Below, in pieces: positions 24,284 to 37,019 of a stretch of DNA of 64,000 nucleotides. Every line of letters starts with the position of its first letter. Positions within the stretch are counted from its first letter, which is position 1. The notes under the pieces are model-generated. The model ran no database searches. It was given only the letters and a program-made list of their open reading frames with translations, and was not told where the DNA came from. The DNA is from Macrostomum hystrix. Taxonomy: Eukaryota > Animalia > Platyhelminthes. The DNA lies in contig CATNEN010000003.1 of NCBI GenBank assembly GCA_950097015.1, positions 3,038,001 to 3,102,000 on the forward strand. Reading direction: 5' to 3'. Both the position numbers and the translations under genes were made by a program.

Positions 24284-25995
24284 TTGAGGATCTGTCAGTC
24301 TCCGTGTTTATCTGTCACTCTCCGTGTTTATCTGTCACTCTCCGTGTTTATCTGTCAGTCTCCGTGTTTATCTGTCACTCTCCGTGTTTATCTGTCACTC
24401 TCCGTGTTTATCTGTCAGTCTCCGTGTTTATCTGTCACTCTCGGTGTTTATCTGTCACTCTCCGTGTTTATCTGTCAGTCTCCGTGTTTATCTGTCACTC
24501 TCCGTGTTTATCTGTTACTCTCGGTGTTTATCTGTCACTCTCGGTGTTTATCTGTCACTCTCCGTGTTTATCTGTCACTTCTGTGTTTATCTGTCACTCT
24601 CCATGTTTATCTGTCACTCTCTGTGTTTATCTGTCACTCTCCGTGTTTATCTGTCACTCTCTGTGTTTATCTGTCACTCTCCGTCTTTATCTGTCACTCT
24701 CCGTCTTTATCTGTCACTCTCCGTGTTTATCTGTCACTCTCCGTGTTTATCTGTCACTCTCCGTCTTTATCTGTCACTCTCCGTCTTTATCTGTCACTCT
24801 CCGTGTTTATCTGTCAGTCTCCGTGTTTATCTGTCACTCTCCGTGTTTATCTGTCAGTCTCCGTGTTTATCTGTCACTCTCCGTGTTTATCTGTCACTCT
24901 CTGTGTTTATCTGTCACTCTCCGTGTTTATCTGTCACTCTCGGTGTTTATCTGTCACTCTCCGTGTTTATCTGTCACTCTCCGTGTTTATCTGTCACTCT
25001 CCGTGTTTATCTGTCAGTCTCCGTGTTTATCTGTCACTCTCCGTGTTTATCTGTCACTCTCTGTGTTTATCTGTCACTCTCCGTGTTTATCTGTCACTCT
25101 CGGTGTTTATCTGTCACTCTCCGTGTTTATCTGTCACTCTCCGTGTTTATCTGTCACTCTCCGTGTTTATCTGTTACTCTCGGTGTTTATCTGTCACTCT
25201 CGGTGTTTATCTGTCACTCTCCGTGTTTATCTGTCAGTCTCCGTGTTTATCTGTCACTCTCCGTGTTTATCTGTTACTCTCGGTGTTTATCTGTCACTCT
25301 CGGTGTTTATCTGTCACTCTCCGTGTTTATCTGTCACTTCTGTGTTTATCTGTCACTCTCCATGTTTATCTGTCACTCTCTGTGTTTATCTGTCACTCTC
25401 CGTGTTTATCTGTCACTCTCTGTGTTTATCTGTCACTCTCCGTCTTTATCTGTCACTCTCCGTCTTTATCTGTCACTCTCCGTGTTTATCTGTCACTCTC
25501 CGTGTTTATCTGTCACTCTCCGTCTTTATCCGTCACTCTCCGTGTTTATCTGTCACTCTCCGTCTTTATTTGTCACTCCTGTGTTTATCTGTCCCTCTCT
25601 CGTGTTTATTTGTCACTCAAAACACTCATCTGTTACTCTCCTGTTTATGTCACTCCTAAAATATCATCTGACACTCTCAAACCTCATCTGTCACCCTCAA
25701 ACATCATCCGTCACTCGCATTCCTCATCTGTCACTCTCATTCCTCATCCGTCACTCTCATTGCTCATCCGTCACTCTCATTTCTCATCCGTCACTCTCAT
25801 TGCTCATCCGTCACTCTCATTGCTCATCCGTCACTCTCATTTCTCATCCGTCACTCTCATTTCTCATCCGTCACTCTCATTGCTCATCCGTCACTCTCAT
25901 TGCTCATCCGTCACTCTCATTTCTCATCCGTCACTCTCATTGCTCATCCGTCACTCTCATTGCTCATCCGTCACTCTCATTGCTCATCCGTCAAT
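24284..25995 (+). repeat. 20-bp minisatellite (ATCTGTCACTCTCCGTGTTT)n grading into (ATCCGTCACTCTCATTGCTC)n
   Basis: About 85 units; open in all three frames only because the unit has no stop codon. Confidence 0.97.
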
Positions 25996-26483
25996 CTCCA
26001 TCTTCTTCTGTTCTATGGCAAGAAAAAGAATACACTTCAGACTTTAGGGATTAAGGGGCAAGAAACGATGAAAGAACTGTAGAAGAAGTAAAACAAGTTT
26101 TTTATGCCAAATATCGATGCTTAGGATTTGAAGCAAAACTATTTTTAACTAAATTGATCAGCGAAATAAATGATTGACATGCCTATTTTAGTGGCTTGAA
26201 TCTATACTTCATTCCAATCTCATTGAACCGTGGTTAGTTATTCATCGGAGTTAAGCAATCTAGTATTGAGTATTGTAATCACGATGTCTATCCGTTTCGT
26301 CCATGGACAATTTACTAGTTTTTCGCTCGCCATCAGACGCTACTCAAATACAAGTACGCTGGTTGCCGCCATCGGCTCGAATCTTCAAATTCTTTCGATT
26401 TTCCGGAATAACTCAATATTGTCTATGGATCAATTGTCATTCATTTCGTGAATGTCATGACATTTCATTTCAATTCATACCTC

Positions 26484-27885
26484 AGTGACAGATGAGGCTT
26501 GAGAGTGACAGATGATTGTATGAGGGTGACAGATGAGGTTTGAGAGTGACAGATGAGGTTTGAGAGTCACAGATAATGTATGAGGGGGACAGATGATGTA
26601 TGAGGGTGACAAATGAGGTTTGAGAGTGACAGATGAGGTTTGAGAGTGACAGATGATGTATGAGGGTGACAGATGAGGTTTGAGAGTGACAGATGATTGT
26701 ATAAGGGTGACAGATGAGGTTTGAGAGTCACAGATAATGTATGAGGGTGACAGATTATGTATGAGGCTGACAAATGAGGTTTGAGAGTGACAAATGAGGT
26801 TTGAGAGTGACAGATGAGGTTTGAGAGTGACAGATGAGGTTTGAGAGTCACAGATAATGTATGAGGGTGACAGATTATGTATGAGGCTGACAAATGAGGT
26901 TTGAGAGTGACAAATGAGGTTTGAGAGTGACAGATGAGGTTTGAGAGTGACAGATGAGGTTTGAGAGTCACAGATAATGTATGAGGGGGACAGATGAGGT
27001 TTGAGAGTGACAGATGATGATTGAGGGTTAAATATGAGGTATGAGAGTGACAGATAAGGTTTGAGAGTGACAGATGAGGTTTGAGAGTGACAGATGATGT
27101 ATGAGGGTGGCAGATGAGGTTTGAGAGTGACAGATGAGGTTTGAGAGTGACAGATGGGGTTTGAGAGTGACAGATTATGTATGAGGGTGACAGATGAGGT
27201 TTGAGAGTGACAGATGATGATTGAGGGTTAAATATGAGGTATGAGAGTGACAGATAAGGTTTGAGAGTGACAGATGAGGTTTGAGAGTGACAGATGAGGT
27301 TTGAGGGCGACAGATGGGGTTTGAGAGTGACAGATGGGGTTTGAGAGTGACAGATGATTGTATGAGGGTGACAGATGAGGTTTGAGAGTGACAGATTATG
27401 TATGAGGGTGACAGATGAGGTTTGAGAGTGACAGATGAGGTTTGAGAGTGACAGATGGGGTTTGAGAGTGACAGATTATGTATGAGGGTGACAGATGAGG
27501 TTTGAGAGTGACAGATGATGATTGAGGGTTAAATATGAGGTATGAGAGTGACAGATAAGGTTTGAGAGTGACAGATGAGGTTTGAGAGTGACAGATGAGG
27601 TTTGAGAGTCACAGATAATGTATGAGGGTGACAGATGATGTATGAGGGTGACAAATGAGGTTTGAGAGTGACAGATGAGGTTTGAGATTGACAGATGAGG
27701 TTTGAGAGTGACAGATGAGGTTTGAGAGTGACAGATGAGGTTTGAGAGTGACAGATGATGTTTGAGAGTCAAAGATGAGGCACGAGAGTGACAGATGAAT
27801 ATTTCAGAAGTGATATATAAACAAGGAGAGTAACAGATGAGTGTTCGGAGTGACAGATAAACACGGAGAGTGACAGATAAACACG
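26484..27885 (-). repeat. Inverted 20-bp minisatellite (GAGAGTGACAGATGAGGTTT)n of the same family
   Basis: Reverse complement of the ATCTGTCACTCTC core; shares a unique transition segment with ~25605-25700. Confidence 0.95.
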
Positions 27886-30619
27886 TGCCCATCGCGCACT
27901 TGTGCTTTTGCCAGTGACGCTCTCTTTGGCGTTCAAGAATCCTTACATTTCTGTGGCAAGATGCAAATAAATCACTAACCAGGTGTCAAGATGACACCGG
28001 CACGGCTGTCTTTATGCGTTATCTCTCCGTTAATAATTTCCAAACAAAAAAGATTATTTGTTTTATCACGCTTATGCAAAAAAAGTACCGATTTTTAGAA
28101 TTTTAGAATTTTACTCCAATCGGTGCCGACTTCACTCCACAATGTTCTATCAGGCTTCGTGGGCAAATGATTAGTTCACAATGCTTCAACATAATCCAAA
28201 AAATCGTTGGTTTTCTTTCTATAGTAAAGCTAATTTAGCTATAGTATTGGCGTGTCTTAAGACCCCTGAGATAAATTATTTCTGAATGCATAATTAGTGT
28301 GGCAATTTTCCCAGCTGGCACGGTGAGTCCTATTTCAGAAATCAATAATTCAGAAGCGACTGAGTCTTGGTCGGCTATTGTGCAAGCTTCACAACTTAAA
28401 GTGTGCAGCTTCTGTGAACTTTTAAGGTATCCGCTTAGATTCAATCTATGAGCTTGGTTGTTATTGTTATTAAAACCAGTGTTAGACTGCAGGGACAATA
28501 ACGTACAGTTTCTATTTTCGCTCGTTTTATTTAATCGGTCTAACTGTACTTTTCTTTTTGTACTTTTTAGACCTAGCAGGCTTATTGCTATGCTGTTGAA
28601 TAAATTCGGAGGAGTTATAAGAAAACTAATAATATAAAAAATGGCTGCAGAGTAAAATGAGGATTGGGGTACAATAAAATCTTCAATAAAATATTGTCGC
28701 TACACCAGGTCTTACACTCGGTGAAGCTTCGCGCAACCAATATGACTCATACTTTTTTATGTTCAGGAAAACCCCGTATGTTTCAACCAATGATAATTCT
28801 CGACCTTGAAGCACGAGTTGTTCGCATGATCCGTGAATATATAGATGATTAAATGACAGTCGCAGGAATGGCGTGATAATATGTTTAGTGGACTTCAAAA
28901 GGACCGAATTATAGAGCAATTCTGAAGATTCTGAAAAACTCTGATAAGCTCTGAAACAACAGTATACAAGCTCGTCAAATGAGTTATTGCTCTACAGTTG
29001 ACACATGCGCTGAATTTCGGATAATATCGACCCAATTTTCGTCAGTTTATTACAGTTCTTTGCATGTCTGCCAAACTATCCAGTCGAAATGGTTAAGCTC
29101 TATGATCATGGCTATATCACGTGTTCGCAGTGCAGCAGAATCGTATATTGAGTCTCGCTTCAATACAAAATTTGCACACGGCAATAAACGGAACTGGTTT
29201 ACGTGGGATATGACCAGCAGGTGTACTGAATGAAGGGGGTGTTGGGAAAACCTACCTGCAGTCCTTGTCGGACAGGAAAGGAGAAATCACGGCGCAGAGT
29301 GAAGATTTCGAGAGCCAAGTAAATAAAAGGCTCGTTATGGCTCGCAAGTGAGCACACTGACCTCGAACCAGTTGGAGATCGGTTTTTAGGGTTGGAAATA
29401 ATGATGAACCATCCTACCCCATGGCCACTACATCTGACCACTTGTCTTCCCTTTTCACTCTCCCTGCATCTCTCCATCTCCGCCAGTTTCCTTCCTACAG
29501 CGAGGAAAATCCTCGAGCTGCTGTTCTTTAGCTAGCCTGAAAAGCCCTGCGAGTTGGGACGAAAATCTGGACTGAAAATAAGAGTACACACTAAAATCCC
29601 GACTCACCTTCAAGCTGAGTCGCCTACCGTCTCCATAATTCTACAAATATATGTTAAGGCTGTCCTTCTCTTCAACCAGCCCGTCTAAAATTTGCACCTG
29701 TAACTACTGTCTATATGTAGAGTAAAATTAATATTCGTCGATAGAATTTTTATACAAGAAAGCACTTTTAAAAGGACAGGCAAATTGTTATAAGAAATTT
29801 TGAAATTGGGTACGCAAAAAATCACGTACCCAATATGCATTTTTTGACTGGGACAAAGTGCTAACACACAATGATAAAGTCAAGAGGACGAACGTACAAC
29901 CCGCGTGTGAGTTAGTTGCATGATTAGTTAGTGAGTCTTTTCATTATGATTAGCTTCCAATGTCATAAGACAACATGCTACTTTCCTTTGTGAATGCTTA
30001 GTTTTTTGCCAATGAGTCCTTTTGATTGCGCGATACACTATACAGACGGCGTTTGGCACATTGAAAGATGCGTGCACTTTTATTTCTATTTTAGCTTCTC
30101 GGCAGATTGCTTTTGACCAAATCAGTGCAACTGGGCTATAGCCTTTTCGGCAAGCCCCTGAGTTGTGTCATGATTTTCCCCGCAAATATGCACACTAGTG
30201 CTCAACCTGCCTTTATCTTTCTCAAATGCCACACATAGGGTACAGAGCTTTCTCATGCAGTGATATAAAAATTGTGTAGCCATCTCACTGGCTCAAATGA
30301 CATGGGCTAGAGCTTAATATGGAATTTTCTACGTTGAGTAACTACTGAACCTGCCTGAGCACAGTACACAGTATACCTGGTTCATTCAATGCTCCCTGTC
30401 ATATATATATGCAATGATATTATAATTAGCTGTGCTATTTGTGATAATTTATAGCGGAATTATATTTTGCTCTAGTGCAGCTCGTTTAGACATTTTTTCC
30501 CTGACATTGTGCAGGCACACATGGAACTCTGACAACGTTGACTAGTGGATAGTAAAATTAAAAGTGTGCCATTCCGAAAAAAAACTATTTGACACAGTGA
30601 CAGACTGTCTGACGGTTTT

Positions 30620-31280
30620 ATCTTTCTATCAGCCTTTCTATCAGCCTTTCTGTCAGTCTTTCTGTCAGTCTGTCTGTCAGTCAGTCTGTCAGTCAGTCTG
30701 TCAGTCAGTCTGTCTGCCTTTCTGTCAGTCAGTCTGTCTGCCTTTCTGTCAGTCTTTCTGTTAGTCTGTCTGTCAGTCTGTCTGTCAGTCTGTCTGTCAG
30801 TCAGTCTGTCAGTCATTCTGTCTGCCTTTCTGTCAGTCTTTCTCTTAGTCTGTCTGTCAGTCAGTCTGTCAGTCAGTCTGTCTGCCTTTCTGTCAGTCTG
30901 TCTGTCAGTCTGTCTGTCAATCTGTCTGTCAGTCTGTCTGTCAGTCTTTCTGTCAGTCTGTCTGTCAGTCTATCTGTCAGTCTGTCAGTCTGTCTGTCAG
31001 TCTGTCAGCCTTTCTGTCAGTCTGTCTGTCAGTCTGTCTGTCTGTCTGTCTGTCAGTCTGTCTGTCAGTCTGTCTGTCAGTCTGTCTGTCAGTCTGTCAG
31101 CCTTTCTGTCAGTCTATCTGTCAGTCTGTCTGTCAGTCTGTCTGTCAGTCTGTCTGTCAGTCTGTCTGTCAGTCTATCTGTCAGTCTGTCTGTCAGTCTG
31201 TCTGTCAGTCTATCTGTCAGTCTGTCTGTCAGTCAGTCTGTCAGTCTTTCAGTCTGCCTTTCTGTCAGTCTTTCTGACGG
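30620..31280. repeat. CTGT/CAGT compound microsatellite (12-bp TCTGTCAGTCTG period)
   Basis: Directly visible. Confidence 0.95.
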
Positions 31281-32269
31281 CCTCTAAAAATGCTTTTGTC
31301 AGTCTCATTCTTTATAATTCTATTGAGTTTTCACGTTTTGTTTTTCTGCAGTCCATCAGTTTTTATAATTGATTTCTTTAAACAAAAAATAGCTTAAAAA
31401 TTTTTGCGGCTGCAAAGGTTTCTATTTTTTTAATTAGGAAAGCTCAGACAATAATGTAAAAATTATAAGGCCACAAAAGGAATCTATTTTATTTCGATAA
31501 AAAACTATATCGCAATAGATTTTAATAGCGATATAGACTTGATTGGTTAGATAGAAAAATCGACCGGATTTTACAGTTAAAAAATTTCACGGTGTTGTAA
31601 ATTAATTTCCTCTATGAATCAATCAATGTTTGCAACACTTTGAAAAGGTAAATACAGTCTTAAATGTGGAAGTTAGAACATTACAAATATTATTTCAAGC
31701 TAAACACAACATTTCTTATTTAAAAAACTTAATAAACGATTCGTTTTTCTGTAAATTTCTCCATTAATTAAAAAAAACAAATTTAATTTGGTAAAGTGTA
31801 GTTAAAATAATAGAACGATAATTTTACAATGAATTTTACTACAGTATTGTCTGGGGCGCAGCTGATACTAACTATGCGTTCTAGTTAATGTCAAATGAAA
31901 TGGAAGCAAACATATTGAATAAACTGATATCGCTGATAAACTCACGTGGGGATAAAACTGGGAACAAAACTGCACTCAACTATAAATAACACGAATTGTT
32001 ATAGGCGCTGTTAAAAAATTGTATAAGGCACGATCCAAGTAAGGACAGGGGCCGGTGTATGCGGTACATAGAATTTGAGCTTTTAGCATTCGAATTTCCA
32101 TTAGCACATGAATCTACCTGCATGCTCATGCATTTCTGTCTTGAAAATATATTTAGTAGCAGTTGCCTTGGCCATGCATGGCTCATATAACAATTCGGCG
32201 AGACCATGCAATCATATTTTGGATGAGAAGCAACTGCATGACGCCGCGACTTTTTATTCACCTCGTTCG

Positions 32270-32595
32270 ATACCAGCTTCGATTCCTGATTCGATTCAAC
32301 CTAAATAAAAACTTCCATTCTAGCTTCGACTCCCTCTTTGATTCTTGCTTCGATTCCAACTACGATTCCAGTTTAGATTCTTGCTTCGATTCCTGCTTCG
32401 ATTCCTGCATCGATTTCCCGCTTGGATGTTATAGCTTCGATTCTAGCTTGGATGCTAGCTTCGATTCCAGCTTGGATGTTATAGCTTCGATTCTAGCTTG
32501 GATGCTAGCTTCGATTCTAGCTTCGATTCCAGCTTTGGTCGCAACTTCTATTCCAACTTATTTTACAGTTTAGATTCTAGCTTCGATTCTAGCAG
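32270..32595. repeat. Degenerate 12-bp repeat (GCTTCGATTCYA)n downstream of the prominin-like gene
   Basis: Directly visible. Confidence 0.8.
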
Positions 32596-32747
32596 ATGTT
32601 TTTGATTTAATTAGACACATAGAAAAGGTACTGAATGCTAAAATCTCTCAGCATTTTTCAGTTTTCAAAACTCTGATGAAGAAAATGGTTTGAAAAAAGC
32701 ATAAGGTTAACAAATCCTAGTTTCGCTTGCTGGATGGCTACTTTGAG

Positions 32748-35549
32748 CTACCTGTCGCAGTCTCTGCAGCTGCAGGGGCAGCCACGAAGGACACTGCAGA
32801 AGCCGCTAGCCTGGAGCAGCAGTCCCATGAAGATGCAGACTGACAGCAACAGGGCCATCAGGCTGAGCATCAGGGCCAGGGACACACTCAGGCCAGACTC
32901 GATCACACCTGAGCAGGCCAGCTCGGTGCCGGATTCGTACACGCGCAGAAAACCCAAACAGGGAAGAAGGCGTTCCAGAATCTTTACTCGCATTGGATCC
33001 AGCAGCTCTACTAGGGGAGGCAGGTAGTTGACAACGGTAGCGTCGTAGACTCTGTCAGCCGCGGCTTTCACTGAGTTCGGATTGCTGAAGGCCTCTTTAT
33101 AGCCGGCAATGTTTTTCGCCAGCAGTTCGATAGTTTTCTGAGCGCTCGCACTACCGGCTGAGGCGTTAATTATTGAGCTCAAATGGGACATCCGCTGCTG
33201 CAACGGCGCAATCATGCTACTTTCAAAGCCCGCCAGCTGATTAGCTAAATGCTTTGCGATAACAACTTGGGCAATATCAGCAGATGCTGCTGGACTTAAG
33301 GCCAGACGATAAATTGAGCTGTTCAAAGCGCCCAGACTTATAGCTAGAAGTGGGCGGTCTAGCTGACCCAGTAGATTCGGCTTGCTCAGCTCCTCGTCGA
33401 TGAGGCCGCCGAGAGCCGACACTTCCGGGTTGCTTCCGATGCTGCGAAGGTCCACTGACAGTACAGTCTCCGGCGCCAGGCCACTCAGCGCGGTGTGCAG
33501 CATGTTTTTCCCGTAATCGAGATTCTGCTGCACAGTCGGGGAGTAGACAAACGCTGTCAGATTGATTACGTTCATCATTTTCAGAGCAGTGAACAGCGAC
33601 ACGCTACTGTTGCGGCACTGGGTGTTCAGCCTGGTGAAGAGCTGGTCCGGCCGGTTGCTGAAGTCGAACGGGATGGGCAGCTGGATGCTCTTCTCAATCA
33701 GTTTAGTCACGCTTGGCCAAATGTAGCGCAGCAGCGTTGCGTCCAAATTTGCATCCAGCCTTTCCCGACCTTCTGGAGTGCGCATGTACCGACAAAGTCG
33801 GACGTCGGCAACGCTCGTTGCATAGTATACGCAGACCGGGAGACTAAAAGCCAGGGTTGTCACAAGCGAGACTGCCAGCACCCCGCAGGCGTACGTGCGG
33901 GCCGAGCCGCTCAGCTGGCGAAAGCTGCACAGACATCTTTGACGATAGACGCGAAGCTTCGCCTGGCGCTCGTCAGCGCGACGCAAATCTATAGCGCTGA
34001 CGCCATCAACTGGAAGGTCACCGATGCGGTCTGGTCGGGCGCCAAGGCTTCCAAGGTCTGTGAGTCGCTGATGACGCAGTTTCTCTTCGCGACACTCCAT
34101 GGCCATCGATGATAGCAGCCAGGAGAGGCAGCGGAATAACTCAGTTCCCAGCAATACAGCGAATACATAGAACGGTAGTAAGACCACACTCACAATGACC
34201 ACAGCCAGGATGAAGTAGGTGCGCACCTCTCCAACCACGGCCCACACCGAGTCGGATTCTGCGGCCTGACTAAAACCGGTGGTCAAACTGATGCTAGAAT
34301 TCTTAATCATGTTGAACTCGCTGGCGATGCCAGTTGTGACTGAGCTCAGCAGCTTTTGAACTTCGGCATCGATGGTGCTGAGTGACTGATTTATACTACT
34401 GTAGGTTCCAGTGAAGTCTTTGCGCATCTGTGTTTGATTGATACCCTTCAGACGCATAAAGGTTATTACCGTTGTGAGGCTGTCAAACTGGAGCTCCTCG
34501 GAACTCACTTGTAGCTTCAGATTGTTCAGCGAGGTAAAAATGGACGGACATTCGGCATAGTTGGTGGCTGCGCAGAGCTTGCTGCAGCTATCGCTGAGTT
34601 GTTTTCGCAAGTTCTCAACTTGGGAGGCTAGACTGTTCAGCTCGACATACAATTCATTGGCCTGCGACTGGATCTTCACAACCGCTTCAATCTTGCTGAT
34701 GAATGCCTCCAGTTGCACCAGCACGGGCTGCAGTTTCAGCAGTTCAAACAGTTGATCAATAATGTACCTTGCGAAACGATTGAAGAAGCTTTGAATTACA
34801 TGAAAATTTGTTTGAAACTCTTCAATTAGTGTCGCATTGCTCGACTTAATGAGGTCGTCGATCAAACTATTGACGCTGCCGACTAAATCCACCGTTGAGG
34901 TTCGAAAGGTCGCCGATTGATTGTCTGTCGTCAACATTTGCGCCTGCAGCTGATTGCCAATGCTCCAGAAGTTTACAAGCAATGCCACAGACACAATAGC
35001 CATGCCAAGAAGCAAGAACAATAGCATCAACATGGAGATCACTAGGCAGCGATGTTGTCTGGCGTTGGCGTCGGGAAGACTCATTGTAGTCCCGGTCCTC
35101 TGGTACTCGGAGTCGGCCTCAGTTGCGCAGGTGCTGACGGAGTTCTCATCGACGTAGGTGCTGGACTCGACCGCGCCTACCTCCGGAAAGCCGTTGACGG
35201 CGTACACCGACATCTCGTCCGCAGACGCTTTCGCCTGTCGACTCCGCTGCTCCAAATGTCGATGATGTCGCCGGCGCCAGTGACTGCGGCAGACGCGAGC
35301 TGCCAACAGGGCTGGCGCCAGGATTGCCAGCAGCTGGACGGTACAGAATGCGGCGAAATAGCCGGAGTCCTGACGCACCTGGTTGGTGGCCAGCTCGATG
35401 ACTCCGGTGACCACTGTCGAAGAGTCGTTGCTACTCACGGTGACATTGGCGAAGTCTGGCAACTGGAGCAGCTGATGACGCAGCCACAACAGAAGCTGCT
35501 GCAGCAGGGTGTCGCTCTCAGGCACCAGCAATTGGTTTAAAATCGACAT
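32748..35549 (-). CDS. Prominin-like pentaspan membrane glycoprotein, single coding exon (~933 aa from ATG 35549)
   Basis: 2.8-kb uninterrupted ORF with five hydrophobic segments. TM1-TM2 and TM3-TM4 are each separated by a cytoplasmic loop, and two large N-glycosylated helical extracellular loops follow TM2 and TM4. Cys pattern LCRY after TM4 and LLPC...YESGTELAC before TM5 matches prominin architecture. Divergent, so no symbol assigned. Confidence 0.75.
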   Translation of the reverse strand: MSILNQLLVPESDTLLQQLLLWLRHQLLQLPDFANVTVSSNDSSTVVTGVIELATNQVRQDSGYFAAFCTVQLLAILAPALLAARVCRSHWRRRHHRHLEQRSRQAKASADEMSVYAVNGFPEVGAVESSTYVDENSVSTCATEADSEYQRTGTTMSLPDANARQHRCLVISMLMLLFLLLGMAIVSVALLVNFWSIGNQLQAQMLTTDNQSATFRTSTVDLVGSVNSLIDDLIKSSNATLIEEFQTNFHVIQSFFNRFARYIIDQLFELLKLQPVLVQLEAFISKIEAVVKIQSQANELYVELNSLASQVENLRKQLSDSCSKLCAATNYAECPSIFTSLNNLKLQVSSEELQFDSLTTVITFMRLKGINQTQMRKDFTGTYSSINQSLSTIDAEVQKLLSSVTTGIASEFNMIKNSSISLTTGFSQAAESDSVWAVVGEVRTYFILAVVIVSVVLLPFYVFAVLLGTELFRCLSWLLSSMAMECREEKLRHQRLTDLGSLGARPDRIGDLPVDGVSAIDLRRADERQAKLRVYRQRCLCSFRQLSGSARTYACGVLAVSLVTTLAFSLPVCVYYATSVADVRLCRYMRTPEGRERLDANLDATLLRYIWPSVTKLIEKSIQLPIPFDFSNRPDQLFTRLNTQCRNSSVSLFTALKMMNVINLTAFVYSPTVQQNLDYGKNMLHTALSGLAPETVLSVDLRSIGSNPEVSALGGLIDEELSKPNLLGQLDRPLLAISLGALNSSIYRLALSPAASADIAQVVIAKHLANQLAGFESSMIAPLQQRMSHLSSIINASAGSASAQKTIELLAKNIAGYKEAFSNPNSVKAAADRVYDATVVNYLPPLVELLDPMRVKILERLLPCLGFLRVYESGTELACSGVIESGLSVSLALMLSLMALLLSVCIFMGLLLQASGFCSVLRGCPCSCRDCDR

Positions 35550-37019
35550 TGCGGCCACTGTCGGCTCCTCTCCGAGCCTGCAACTCTAGCAGCGAGTCCT
35601 TGGCAACTGTTGCTAGGCAGTTTAGGCTGGCGCAGCATTATTGCGCCCTTGGCAAGAGAGTCCGCTAGTTCCGCTTGCCTCTTTTATTTGGTCCAGGACT
35701 TGAATGGTGAGGAAGAAAGGTGAGGCTGGCTTGACGATATTTTCTTCTTCTTGTGGCACAATGCTTAAAAAAAGTGTGCAGCGACAGGGAAGGACTATGC
35801 CGGAATTGAAAGAGAGAGATGTGGCCAAGGAGTCAACACTGAGGAAGCCAGTTGTCAAGGGCGACAGAACCCCAAGCTGTCGTTGCCGGCGAATGGAATT
35901 TAGCCGAAGCTTTCTATGGGATCTGGGCTATTGCTTTTCGCTGGAGGGCCCTGTGCGGCTGCAGCAGCGTTGATTTGAGTACTCCGCTTGGGTTGGATGG
36001 GCGACCGGGTCAGAGAGCCAACTGCTCAAGAAGGCGCTCCTTAGCCGTCTCCGACCTGGGTAGCAATAAAAAGGGATTGGGGGTTGGCGCGGCGGGTGGG
36101 TTGGCGTGCACGACAGGGTGGAGGGGGAGGGCGACAGTGTCGGTGAGGATTTTTCAGCCCTTCTCTCGAGATCTCGGATCCTCAGGGTGGGGGGTTGTCG
36201 GATGAGGTGGTGGCTGCTCATTCTGTATTTTAGTCATTAGTATTGGTTCTTCCTTAGATTCCAGGTCCAATATCTCAGATGTGTGTGTGTGTGTCAAATG
36301 CTCTGTGTGACTCAACTGTCTCAGAATGATCGCCCTAATCTCATTGGATGCTTCTATGAGTATGTAGCAGCAGCAGCAGCAGCAGCAGCAAACTAAAAGA
36401 AGGCTCAGATAGTAATTCATTATAAGTTTCTAACCTACACAATGGGCTCCTAAACAGTTAGCTCCCCACTCGCAAGGGTCTGATCTTACTGACACAAGAA
36501 TGCCAAGCTGACTCATAGGTCTCAACGTAAGCATGAAAACACAAAACAATTTCGATAGCATTTAGTCCATAATGTGAGTTGGATTGTTCAGTCTTAAACT
36601 GGTTGCTGATTCCCTTTTCCTTTTGGGATATTTCGGAGTTTCTAAAAATAGCCTCTCCAGTTGCTAGGATGCATGACTCATACCTTGTGTTTCTGGTTGA
36701 ACCTGTGTGTCTAAAATTAGCAACAAATAATCAACTAACGTTAGCATGAGCATGTCAAAGAATTTGGGCAGGAAAGAAAGACGACAAAAATTATGGATTC
36801 TGACGTACCAGCAATAGCTGGTTGCTTGTAATTCGCATTTGATTAAAGTTCAAATTATTAGTTCAAATTATATTTATCCATCCATCTATCTATCTATCTA
36901 TATATATATATATATTCAGTTACGTTAACTAGTAAAACGTTTAACGTAACTGAAACGGGTTTATAAAAGTACTGATAATGGTTTGAACTAATTTCTATAT
37001 GTCATAGAAATATATTCGT

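Noticed and set aside
24284-26054. Three 451-587-aa ORFs
   Set aside because: Translations of a stop-free 20-bp minisatellite, open in all frames.
29230-29690. GC-richer minus-strand segment with splice-like signals and a weak 'LFPTLK' hAT-like peptide
   Set aside because: Stops in all frames; no consistent gene model or element boundary.
33495-35540. Plus-strand ORFs of 162-205 aa
   Set aside because: Antisense shadows of the GC-rich prominin-like CDS.
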